From Epithemia pelagica (taxonomy: Eukaryota; Protista; Bacillariophyta): a DNA stretch of 64,000 nt. Location: positions 434,001 to 498,000 of the forward strand of contig OX337240.1 of NCBI GenBank assembly GCA_946965045.2. Reading direction: 5' to 3'. The notes under the pieces are model-generated. The model saw nothing but the letters and a program-made list of their open reading frames with translations, ran no database searches and was not told the origin of the DNA. Of the stretch, positions 35,669 through 46,176 are shown piece after piece; position 1 is the first letter of the stretch, and the number at the start of each line of letters is the position of its first letter. A program made the translations under genes and the position numbers.

Positions 35669-36271
35669 TTATGATTCTCGAATGAGTTTCACGTTGTTGA
35701 GTTGTCTTTGATGTTCTTCGAACTTATTTGTGATCTTGTTCCAAATGCGGACCCAAACTTGCTCGCCTGACTTTGTGTATCTTACTACAGTCCCTTGAAG
35801 ATTCGAAATCCCCCGAGCGTGTTGTGCCAACTTGACAGGTGTGAGGACTGAGACTTTCGAGTGAACTTGAATCACGTCTGCTACTTCTTGTTCTTCTGTG
35901 TCTTCAACTTCAATTGCTGCTGCTTCAGGTAGTAGTTCACCTCGTTCTGCTTGTCCCAAAATATGTTCTTCTTCTTCAAGTGCTGTTCTGTATACTGCTC
36001 CTGAGTCGGCTTCAAACTGGTTTCTTGCTTCACGAAGCGCTTGTCTATACCGCGTATTCGAAGTAGCACGTTCCTCTTGATAGCGCTGTTCTAACTGGGC
36101 TTTATCAGCCCAGTACCGGCGGTCCACCGCACGAAGACGGTCTTCGTGGGCTTGTTCCAGCTGGCCGGTCTTGCGCTTTTCTGTTCGCTGGAGGCGTTTA
36201 AAGGCAGTTATCAATCTTGAGATTGGACCATCCGCGGGACCTTCAGAACACGGGCCTTCACTATTGGACAT
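35669..36271 (-). CDS. Extra upstream ORF of copia A (200 aa; coiled coil plus small beta-barrel-like domain)
   Basis: Lies between the PBS position and gag-pol; its stop is 2 nt before the gag-pol ATG; homologous to ORF 58142-58846. Confidence 0.8.
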   Translation of the reverse strand: MSNSEGPCSEGPADGPISRLITAFKRLQRTEKRKTGQLEQAHEDRLRAVDRRYWADKAQLEQRYQEERATSNTRYRQALREARNQFEADSGAVYRTALEEEEHILGQAERGELLPEAAAIEVEDTEEQEVADVIQVHSKVSVLTPVKLAQHARGISNLQGTVVRYTKSGEQVWVRIWNKITNKFEEHQRQLNNVKLIRES

Positions 36272-36308
36272 TCAGTGTAAGCTGAATGATTGTTTTCTTT
36301 TTAAAATA

Positions 36309-36522
36309 TGTTAAAACACAACTCCGGTCGTACCGTACAAGTAACCACTAGAGATGATCTCGTGTTATTTTAAAAAGAATGAGCCTCCTCTTGGCTCATT
36401 TGTTTGTTTCGCCTCGATCTTGTGTCTATGACTCTGACGTGTCACCAAAGTCCATTGGGCCTTTTCCTCTTCAGTCGCACTTTTCGTTTCCTTTGCCTTA
36501 CTCGCATCCACTTGTCCTAACA
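36309..36522 (-). repeat. 5' LTR of copia A
   Basis: TG...CA, 214 bp. Confidence 0.97.
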
Positions 36523-36555
36523 GTATGAAGAAGAAGTGAATCCATTCTTGTCCAC

Positions 36556-37923
36556 TACCCCCAAGCAGGGGTGAGTTGTCTGGTCGCGCATGAATCGTGT
36601 ATTTTGCACAATTCGTATACTCACCCCCATGGCGCGAGCAGACAAATTTGGCGATTTCTCGAGGGTGATACAAAACTCCTTCTACCTCAACACAAACACC
36701 ACGGTGCCAATTTGCCGAGGTCCCTTTGTTCCACTGCTAACGTTTCAATCTCTCTTTAAACCACTTGGGATTACCTTCTATACATACAAGAAGGTGTGGG
36801 AGTCCCGGTTTCGCGACCGAAAGGTTCCTTCACGTTACCCAGTCCACCAATCCACCCCATCCCCATGCTTCCGTTCTTCACTCAAGGCGGCTCTGACCCA
36901 TACAAAACAAGCCTTTCCCAACCTCCTCCGTCAAATCAAATGCCTTCTAACACCCCTATCCTTCCTCCCGAGGAAGAGAAGGGTAAGAAGAAGTGAATCA
37001 TGGCTTCCACGACAAATCAGAGTTGTTTTCAAGATGATTTCTGGCGTGATGTATGCGAAAGCATTCATTTAGAATACGTAACTTGATCTAGATAATGGCT
37101 CGCGTTGTCTTCATAAACTTCACTATGGATCATTCCATAGGGCTTTATTCCGTGTTTCCCCGTAATCACGCTATAACCCGCGATCAATTGAAGCCGTAGT
37201 GGTTCAGCATACGGTTCCCTTGGACGCTTATGCACATGGTGCATAAGTCAAAACACTGGATATCGGATATACAAGCATGACAAAAGGTTTCGGAATGAAT
37301 CATCGTCAACTACTTAATTTAAGCTACGTACTTGGACTGCGGCTGGTGAGTTTTTGTGGGTGCTCACTTGACGACCGAAGGGGACTTGCGGAAGTGAAAG
37401 CCATCGGCATAGACGTGGTGGGTAAGGTCTGTTGTGGTGATGGAAACGTCGATGTTTGTTGTGAATAGTGGCTTAGCCGATCTTTAAACTTGATTTCACC
37501 AGGCAAAGCTCTTGACGGCTCTGACAGATTGCTCGGGGGAGGTTTCGTCCGTTGTTGGGCTCGCAGCGCTTGAGGAGGCGTCGTGTAAGGATGGAACGGT
37601 ACCAGTTCACGTAGGGAAGAGGCTTCTGGTGGCGATGAAGAACGTTGTGTTGTTGTTTTCGGCGATGCTGTTATCGACAACCTGTGTTGTAGGAAGGGAC
37701 AACCTTGCGGAGGCATGGTGCGTTGAGAACCTTGCCTTGGCATCTTTTTGAGAGAGTCATTTGCGTTTGTGGGAGGAAGACGACGACATTGGATGCGATA
37801 TAGGGCTACTGCACCTCCACCACTGTCCTCGAGAGCTGGGTGGCCGCGCCGTGGGGGTGAGTATACAATTCGCCAGAATACACGACACATGTGCGACTAC
37901 CTTCTCACCCCTGCTTGGGGGTA
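36556..37923. mobile_element. Non-autonomous DNA transposon with ~80-bp TIRs and a 10-bp TSD (MULE-like)
   Basis: Starts TACCCCCAAGCAGGGGTGAG and ends CTCACCCCTGCTTGGGGGTA; TSD TCTTGTCCAC at 36546-36555 and 37924-37933; no transposase seen. Confidence 0.88.
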
Positions 37924-38439
37924 TCTTGTCCACGGAGAAGAGCGCGCCCTGGAACATCCGAAACTGGGGGCGGATTGGAGCGATCGCCATCCTCGCACAT
38001 TGTTGGCGTGGCGGGCGTGGCGTGTCCTTTGTACGGACCGATCCAACATGCTCACGACTTACCGCGATCCATCCAGCGGTCTCACACAATCGGACACAAG
38101 ATAGGCAATCTCCCGAGGAAAAGTCGTCCTATTCGTTTGTGTGGTTCGACTGTGTTGTCTCTCTACTCTATAATATCATCGACGGAGTGTCTCTCTCTCT
38201 CGCTTATTGCGGGCAGAATATCCTTGTCCTTGTAACACTATTAGTATGGAACTACCTACTTTGAAAGACTCTTTCCTTGTCTTGTGCCATGTTCGGTTTT
38301 GGGGGTTCCACGGTCCACACTCACAAACAACCATGGCATCTTGAGAATCATGATTTGGAACACCAGTACACCACTAGTGTGTGTGGAGCGTCTGGCCCCT
38401 CCTCCTCCTGGCTCCTGTTCCTCCTCGGAAGTATTCTTT

Positions 38440-40049
38440 TTAGGGATTGCAATACCCGGGTTCACACCACATGGAACAATTGCAAATGGCACAATCCACC
38501 TTGAGATTGGCCAATTCCGACGCGGGCGGCAAGAATATAATGAGCGAGCAAATATCTTGCGCCAAGGCGGTAAAATTGTTGCCTTGCACTTCGAGGGAAT
38601 CCAAAAAGGTGCGGGGCTCATATCCACCGGGAACCGTGCCCGTCAAGCGATTGTTTCCAACATGAAAGAGTTCGAGGCGGCCATTGCCCAAGCCCGTGGG
38701 ATAACTGTCGGGAATACTACCGGACAAGGCATTGTCATTGAGAAACAAGTGTCGGAGATGCAACATGCGGGTCGAACCTTGCGACCAATCCACGGGCAAA
38801 CTACCATTGAAGTGATTGTGTGACAAGTCCAAATAAAACATGAAACGGTAATCAAGATGGGCCGGAATGGTTCCCGTCAAGTCATTGTCGTAGAGACTCA
38901 AATAGGCTGTGTCCCATAAAACACACAAGAGGCAAGGAGGAGGACAACGAGGACGACACACGCGTGTGAGAAATCAAGCCACTACTACAAACAGTCCCAA
39001 ACCAAACAACCAGAACTCTTGGACGTACTCAGTGGTCGTGCATTGGTGGCATTGGGTGCCGTGCCCAATCCTTGTGGAAAGGGACCGACAAATTGATTCA
39101 TGCTCAAGTACAAGTGTTGGAGCCGGTCCAAGTTTGCCAGCCGTTCCGGCAAGGTACCCGTCAAGGCATTGTCGTGCAAGTACAATTTTTCCAATCGGGT
39201 ACAGTCCCACAAGCCGTCGGGCAAACTGCCCATGATTTCGTTTTCGGCCAAATCCAAGACCGTCAATTGATTCGACAAGGCCCGCACTTCGTCCGGCAAA
39301 CGTCCCGTCAAGGTGCGATGGGCCCAATTCAAGGAGGCCACGGCGCGCGTGGGATGATGCGTGGCACAAGTAATGCCACTCCAATCGCACGTCGACACGT
39401 TGGGACGTACGAGATGTGCGCCCAGGGCCAAATCCAACACAACGACGGCATAACGTTCTTGCAACAACAAACCGTCGTCGGTATAGTCTTCGTCCAACAA
39501 CCATTGAACGGCTCGACTTTGGATGGAACAAGGGTCGTCGTCAAAAACGGACGTGGGCGTAATCGGAGACAGGTACGAGACCAGGTCGCGGTAGGCCAAG
39601 GACGAGGTTTCAATTTGGACACTGCCACCACAGTCGACCATCGTGGGCACGGGCGTCGAGGCCGAGGACGACGAGGAATTCTTGCGGTTGCCGCCCCGTA
39701 CCACCACCACAATAAACAATACCAGGGTCGCCACAATGGCGGCCATCACGAGACCGAGTTTCTTGCGTTGCGCCCGTCGTCGTTGCAAAATACTCGTGTG
39801 AACCCGACGTTCGGTTTGTTGATGCCAATCGTGCGCTTGTTTGGAAAATTCCTCCAAGTCTTGCATGCGCTGATTCAATTCGACATCCTTGAATTGCAGG
39901 CGATATTCATCGTCAAAGACGTCAATCGGGGCATCCAACTCATCGTCGTCGCCGTCGTCGTCGTCATGGTGGCCTTGTTCCACACCAGTGGGATCGTCCT
40001 GGTGCGGCGGCGATGCTTGATTGGCAAAACTGGCTTCTCCAGAACTCAT
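38440..40049 (-). CDS. Single-pass membrane leucine-rich-repeat protein, 2 exons
   Basis: Acidic N-terminus, TM LGLVMAAIVATLVLFIVVVV, QSRAVQWL/ERYAVVVL/CDWSGITC cap, and plant-type LRRs (LTVLDLAENEIMGSLP). Intron 39028-38907. Confidence 0.88.
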
Positions 40050-40376
40050 GATGCGATTAGTAGTTGAGAGAGAGAAGAAAGAATGAAACCAGGGAGGAAG
40101 AAGTCCAGGGACTCGAGGAGCAACACCCAGGGAACGACTCCACACACGGCGATGGATGGAATCTGGATTTTACTAGGTAGTCGTCCTCCCAAACCACCAC
40201 GCCAGCCACCTGCTTCCAGTGGGCGCGACACAACTCAAATGGACCCGTCAACGCCGGCACGGCCTCATTCAAACATGCTTCGGTCTTGGTGGGACTCACT
40301 TGGAATCTGATGGGGTCGCTTCTAGGTCGCTCAAATCAGAAGATCCAAGACCCCAGATGCCATCCATGTATCTCGG

Positions 40377-41432
40377 ATGACCATGACCAGCAGCATCTCC
40401 AAAGCAATGGTGGCATCTCACAGAGTTTGCTTGCGGCGGTCGGCGTCCCAATGGCTGGCCAGGACGACGTCCTTCACGGTCCAAAGGACGACGACTCGGT
40501 ACGCTCCATTATTCTTCTCCGTGAGAACCCTCCAGACTACTACGACGACAACGACACATCCGACAACGACGACACCGATTGGCACGACGGACCGCAAGTG
40601 GTTCTCCTCGTCTCGCACTCCCACCACCCACCACCAGAATGATCCTATCATTACGGGCACTATTCCCCCACGGGGCCACGGTGTACAAGTCGGACAATTG
40701 GCTCAAGTTCAACGAACCTTTTCCTTGTCCGACGTGCAAACCTATGGGAGATTGGTGGGCGACGAAAATCCCTTGCATCAACCGCCCTCGTCCTGGACCA
40801 ACAGTGAGTTGGGTCTGAGCCAAGACGATGTCGAGTTCTTTCAAACTCATCCCCTGTTGCAGCAACCAGAACAAGAACAGCAATCCATGCGGAATAATGA
40901 CAACGACAAACCCACAAGGACAACACCAAAACCGTTGATTGTGGTTCACGGCATGTTGGTGGCCAGTTTGTTTAGTTGCATTTTTGGGACCCTCGCACCG
41001 GGCGCCGTCTACATGAAGCAATCGCTGCAGTTTCACAAGCCCGTCTACGTGACTCAACCCGTCGTGGCCACGACCACCATTACACGAATTCGAGATTGGA
41101 CCGGTGGTCGTCGTCGTGGCACCCAAGCACAAGCCACTAACTCACGAGGTGGTGTGGTACTCACTTGTGATACCACGGTGCAATCCCTGGCTTCCAACAA
41201 CAACAACAACGACGACAACAACAACAAGGACACGAATCCAGAGGATGATGCCACGATCCTGTACGTGTCGGGAGAAGCCACGGTCTGGTTGTTGCAAGGA
41301 TATCCGGCGACCGTCGATGCGGTCGATTCCTCCTCACGGGACAACGACAACGACAACGACAGTCATCCCAAGAACGATGGATCCAATCCATCGACAACCT
41401 CTACGAGTCACACGACGACGACGACGACATGA
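40377..41432 (+). CDS. MaoC/hotdog-fold dehydratase (mitochondrial HTD2-like)
   Basis: R/S/T-rich presequence; RTFSLSDVQTYGRLVGDENPLH; IVVHGMLVASLF; GAVYMKQSLQFHKPVYV. Confidence 0.82.
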   Translation: MTMTSSISKAMVASHRVCLRRSASQWLARTTSFTVQRTTTRYAPLFFSVRTLQTTTTTTTHPTTTTPIGTTDRKWFSSSRTPTTHHQNDPIITGTIPPRGHGVQVGQLAQVQRTFSLSDVQTYGRLVGDENPLHQPPSSWTNSELGLSQDDVEFFQTHPLLQQPEQEQQSMRNNDNDKPTRTTPKPLIVVHGMLVASLFSCIFGTLAPGAVYMKQSLQFHKPVYVTQPVVATTTITRIRDWTGGRRRGTQAQATNSRGGVVLTCDTTVQSLASNNNNNDDNNNKDTNPEDDATILYVSGEATVWLLQGYPATVDAVDSSSRDNDNDNDSHPKNDGSNPSTTSTSHTTTTTT

Positions 41433-42382
41433 CACCACCATCCACAACAACAACAACAACCACAACCAAGGAAACGACCCACCCAAAGTGTTGTGGGTGT
41501 CTCGGATATATATATATCTACCTGACACTACTACCAACAACAACAACAGCCAACGAAAACACTCCATGGAGGCGAGTGACACTGTCTTGTTCTCTCTACC
41601 AATAGTACCGAAGGAATGGGTTTGGTTGGGTGGATGATTTCTTTGGAAATCACGTTGCTTCGACTCGTCGGTCCACACACTGTTATTATACACGCAAACA
41701 ACAAACACTCCACAACTACAATACACTACAATACAGTACTCTCCAGTGCACCCATCACAACGACGAAACCAGCACTGGCCGTGTCTCGCACGAATGCATG
41801 CCTGCAGAGAACAATGGACGACTGCGGCCGGGAGAGTACATGGAACGAGGTGGAGAATACACACACGTGTGTCGATTCATTCGCCCCACAGAGTGCGACG
41901 TTCCACTTGGAGTGCGTCTCTCTTTTCACCACAACCAAACAACCACAAACGCGAGAGGGATTAAACGCCACAAAAAATTAGTCGCCTCTGATCAAAGTTG
42001 GAGCATTCCATCTTTTTCGAGGAACACGGACCATTCAGTGTTTGTTGCCCTACAAGTCTCGCTGTTGTGAGTGGGAAAACGGCAGGTACCAACCTTGATG
42101 GCCAACCCTTGTCCACCTTTCTTCGTGTTGAAACACTCGATGGAATAGGAGTAAGGACTCTCGGTATATACATCAAAAATGGTGTGTTTATTGGTATATA
42201 TATATTTCTCTCTAGCGCAACACATCATCCTACAGAGCACTCCAGTACAAACATTCCTCATTCACAAATGCGGATTCCAAAAAAAAAGACCCGAGACGGC
42301 TGGTAGAGGAGACCAAAAGGGCACTTGGTTGTCCACTGTGGTCGTCCTTTGTGGTTGTTGTTGTTGGTTCTTTGTTTTTGTT

Positions 42383-44809
42383 TCATCTCCACACCACTTG
42401 CCTCAAGGCTGCATTTTCATGTCGGAGAGCCGCTTGATAAATTTGCGTTTCTTCGGCTGTCGTGGCTCGTTCCAATTGTTCTTGCAAGACGGCAATGTTT
42501 TCATGAATTTTGGTCCGTCGTTCCGTGGGGGAGGCACCGGGTTCGCCACCATAATAGGGCAAGAGGTAATGATTGGCGGGAAAGGCTGATCCCACCAAGG
42601 TTCCAAATTCGGCCCGCGTCGGTGACGTTTTGGGATTGGCCGCCTGCAAGCGTTCTTCGGCCGTGCCAACATAGACCTCGTCGCGTTGAAAACCCGCCAC
42701 GTTCTTGTGAATGGCCGCCAAGACCCAGGCGCCATTGCAAATGCCCGTGGCTTCCAACAACAAACAAATGCGCAACAACAAATACGTGACGGGCGTGGAC
42801 AAAAAGGCCAAGGGAAAGGCGGACGCCATGAGTTGCCAGGCAATGGACGCCAAAATCGTCGTAATCAATGCTCCGAGCAGACCGGTACTAAAAAATTCTT
42901 GCGCTGTATCGGAAACTCCCAAGACATTGGATTCGCCCTCCTCCACATCCATGGAAGTGACGCGGGCAATGACAAAGAAACAGGCCACGACAAACAATTG
43001 TCGACCCACCATGAATCCCGGCAAGTTCCGACCTTCGCCCCGAAACAAGAGATCGCAAGTCCGAGAGGCCCAGACGGACGAATTGCGTTCTTCGTCTGTC
43101 AATTTGGCCACGGCAAAAAAGGCAATTTGCATCCCTTCCAACATGCCCACAATGGACATGAGAAAGAGAAACAAAATAAGAGCCACCGCTTCGGGGATAC
43201 CATCCCAGACGGTCGTTTTGCCTTCAAACAGGGCGGCAATTGTCGCCACCAGGGCAAAGGTTAACAGGGCACAGGACAGGAGGACGCGTCCCCAGAAAAG
43301 TGTTTTCTGGCAAGCGTCTCGTGGTTCTTCGTTGGATTCAATGGTTTTACCCGCCAATCGAAACAAGAGAATTTGAATCAAGTAGGACGCGTGCAAGAGA
43401 CCGGACGCTTCAATGGCCATGGCCACCTTGACGGTAAACCAGTTGCCCCAGTCATTGATGAAATCCAACATGCAATGAGAGGCATTGACTTGTGTATTGA
43501 GCTGACCAATCATGCACGTCATGAGAATCATGGCCAAGCCCGAATCCAAAAAGGCGTTGGAAACCACATCGGGCAGATTCAAGACACTGGCATCTTGAAT
43601 GGGGGCACCCGACAAGTTGATGATAAAGACCAGAGCTAGAACCATGAACTGACGACCAATCAAATAACGATCCAGATTGTCTCCACGGTGACCATGCTCA
43701 CAAATACGATAACTAATGGGATGACTTTCCTTGTACAGTTGACGATCAATCGGTGGAAGTCCAACCATGGAGGCTTGTCCACCTTCCACCAAGGATAACC
43801 ACAACAGGGAGACCCAAATGAGCAAAAAGGCCACGGCCGGGTGCGTATCTTCCGACAAGCTGGTTTGTTGATCAAAAATGAGGGCCATGACGACGACAAT
43901 GGAAAAGACGAGGAGCGCCAAGGAAAAGACCGACTTGATAATGCCCACCGGATTTTTCAAGTGTGCTTGAGAGGCTGTTGTGGGTGTCGCCGAAGCAGGA
44001 GAGGTTGGTTCATTGTCGTTGGCGGCGGCAGCATGGGCTCGTTTGGTCAAGGTTGCCACAGCCGCAGGACTAGTAATGATTGGAGTGGGTGGCACCGCCT
44101 GTTCTTGGCTGGTATTGGTCGATGCTGCTGATGCACGGGGAAGAGGAACCGACACTTGCAATTCTTCTGATTCCAATCCATCGCTGACATCGGAACATTG
44201 AATAAACAAGGCATCGGCAATTTTGACCAGGGCATTCTCTTTGGAAATCTCGTACCATTTTTGAGAGGCGGCACTCAACCGACGCTTGTTATTACTTTTG
44301 GTCGTGTCTGTTTCTGCCGACACGGGTTTGTGGATCAAAAATCGACCTCCCTGATCTCGTATTTGGGTATAAATGGAATTGGAAATTTGGTTTCGTTCAG
44401 CTCGACTCGTGGCTCGAAGATAGGCCGATCGATGTTGGGCTACCAGAGCTTCGTATCGTCGCGTACCAATGTGATTGAGGGCCTTTTGAGTCCGTCCCAA
44501 CAAGGGAACATCCCATTCGCCCCACTCAAAGACGGAAATTTTGGGACTGTCCGTTTCATCCTGGAGTTGGAACAATTGTTGTTGTTGTTGATCCTGTTGT
44601 TCTCGAATCGCATTCTGGTTGGAATCAAAGGGTAAGGCCATTTCTTGAAAAATGGGTTCTCCCGAATTGCCCAAATCCCAATCATCGTCATCCTCGTCAT
44701 GGGACAGATACGAAGAAGGGTCTCCCCTCATGCGATCGTCAAGGGGCAAGCCATTGATGGAACTAAATTGACTCGAGGACAAATCGGTGGTTGTCTCCGA
44801 AGTACTCAT
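42383..44809 (-). CDS. SIT: Silicon transporter (SIT) with a ~285-aa N-terminal extension containing a DUF6824-like domain
   Basis: All four GxQ motifs (EGGQ, IGRQ, EGMQ, VGRQ), CMLDFIN, EASGLLHASY, about 10 TM segments and a C-terminal coiled coil; uninterrupted 808-aa ORF. Confidence 0.93.
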   Translation of the reverse strand: MSTSETTTDLSSSQFSSINGLPLDDRMRGDPSSYLSHDEDDDDWDLGNSGEPIFQEMALPFDSNQNAIREQQDQQQQQLFQLQDETDSPKISVFEWGEWDVPLLGRTQKALNHIGTRRYEALVAQHRSAYLRATSRAERNQISNSIYTQIRDQGGRFLIHKPVSAETDTTKSNNKRRLSAASQKWYEISKENALVKIADALFIQCSDVSDGLESEELQVSVPLPRASAASTNTSQEQAVPPTPIITSPAAVATLTKRAHAAAANDNEPTSPASATPTTASQAHLKNPVGIIKSVFSLALLVFSIVVVMALIFDQQTSLSEDTHPAVAFLLIWVSLLWLSLVEGGQASMVGLPPIDRQLYKESHPISYRICEHGHRGDNLDRYLIGRQFMVLALVFIINLSGAPIQDASVLNLPDVVSNAFLDSGLAMILMTCMIGQLNTQVNASHCMLDFINDWGNWFTVKVAMAIEASGLLHASYLIQILLFRLAGKTIESNEEPRDACQKTLFWGRVLLSCALLTFALVATIAALFEGKTTVWDGIPEAVALILFLFLMSIVGMLEGMQIAFFAVAKLTDEERNSSVWASRTCDLLFRGEGRNLPGFMVGRQLFVVACFFVIARVTSMDVEEGESNVLGVSDTAQEFFSTGLLGALITTILASIAWQLMASAFPLAFLSTPVTYLLLRICLLLEATGICNGAWVLAAIHKNVAGFQRDEVYVGTAEERLQAANPKTSPTRAEFGTLVGSAFPANHYLLPYYGGEPGASPTERRTKIHENIAVLQEQLERATTAEETQIYQAALRHENAALRQVVWR

Positions 44810-45499
44810 GGTATAGGAGGCAAGAGTCCAAAGGATAGAAGAAGGAGCAAGACTTTTTGGCTCTACCTCTGGTAGAGCGATTGTTGTTCAGGCGATTCTA
44901 GAGAGAAATCAACGTACGATGATGAGACCGTGGCACTTCTTTCTTCTTTATCAGATCTCTGTGTGGAATGGACAGAATCGAGAAAGAAAAATCATAAGTC
45001 ATGTGTCTGGGCAGGTTGTTCTCTCTCTCATCGTGAGGTTAAGTAGATTTGCATGGATCGTGGTAGCTTCAACCGTTGGTATCTGATTCAACGGAGGATA
45101 CTCCAACCCATAACGCTCCTTTACCTGCGCATAAATGTTCTCGAACACGTTTTGTGCGCTCAATGTATCACAGAAATAAAAACGTTTATGGTTTCGGTTT
45201 TTGTCAAAAAAATGATGAAAACCTTCTCTGATATGTACTACGATACAATAGAATGATTTCAACGGATTTCAGAACCGAAATAGTTTATGTTACCATACAA
45301 CGAAATCCGTCAAACACTTTCTAGCAGAAACACAAACGATGACCACGTGCGTCCACGTCCACGGCGCACCGCGCACCTCGCCTTTCATTGGGCGCACCGA
45401 ACGGAACGCAGGGCGATCGGTCCATATCTATCTGTTGGTGTTGGGGAATAGAACAATGGTCTCACGAATCACATTCTCCCACAATCAACATCCCTCAAT

Positions 45500-45812
45500 A
45501 TGGAGCACCTCTCTTACTCTGTCGCTTTCCGACATGGTAGGTAGGCGAACGCGAAACTTTCATGTGACAACCACGACTTGTGGAGAAACTACTCGCGATG
45601 GTATACGACAACTATTGAATCGTTCCATTCGTTCGCAGGCATTTTGATATTAATATTATGGAGCACCTCTCTTTCCTGCAGCTGTAGAGGAAAGCGAACA
45701 TTATTTCATGTGCCACGCACGACTTGTGGAGAAACTACTCTAGCAATGGGATACGACAACAACTCAACAAGCACTATCTCGACTACCTAGGAATCGTTCC
45801 ATTCGTTCGCAG
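45500..45812. repeat. Diverged tandem duplication, unit about 158 bp
   Basis: Copies 45500-45638 and 45658-45812 share ATGGAGCACCTCTCT, CACGACTTGTGGAGAAACTACTC and GAATCGTTCCATTCGTTCGCAG in the same order. Confidence 0.85.
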
Positions 45813-46176
45813 TCCTTCGTGGTGGAGACTGCGCACCTATATGGAATGGTGGAACGAAGGCGACCGATCCACATGGTTTTGGTTCGTTTTTCATTCCCTC
45901 TCTACGAATCTTGTCAAGTCGCTTGCTAGTCCCGACATGGACGGACATGGGGCATGATACTAGGCGTGCGACACTTGGTCGTCGTACCATTGTCGTATAA
46001 GACGTTTCTGGATTGTGTCGATTGGCAGCACTCTCTTGTTTCTCATACTAGGTATGATTGTTGTTCCATAGACATACACCACAACACTCTATGGTATATG
46101 ATTTATATGGTGTATGCAAGATCATTGGTACGATTTCTAGTAGATTTCAGAACTACAATTTTCTAGACTGGCGTTC

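Larger units (their letters stand above)
30631..36522 (-). mobile_element. Full-length Ty1/copia LTR retrotransposon (CoDi-like), element A
   Basis: 214-bp TG...CA LTRs at 30631-30844 and 36309-36522 with 3 mismatches; PPT-like GAAGGAG before the 3' LTR; gag-PR-IN-RT-RH order. No TSD (flanks GTTGG / GTATG). Confidence 0.97.

Noticed and set aside
36365-36673. 102-aa ORF ending like the copia A polyprotein
   Set aside because: It is the pol C-terminal tail duplicated within the 5' LTR, not a gene.
36528-36999. 15-bp direct repeat AAGAAGAAGTGAATC just outside (36528) and inside (36985) the long-TIR element
   Set aside because: Largely low-complexity AAG sequence that does not coincide with any element boundary; probably chance.
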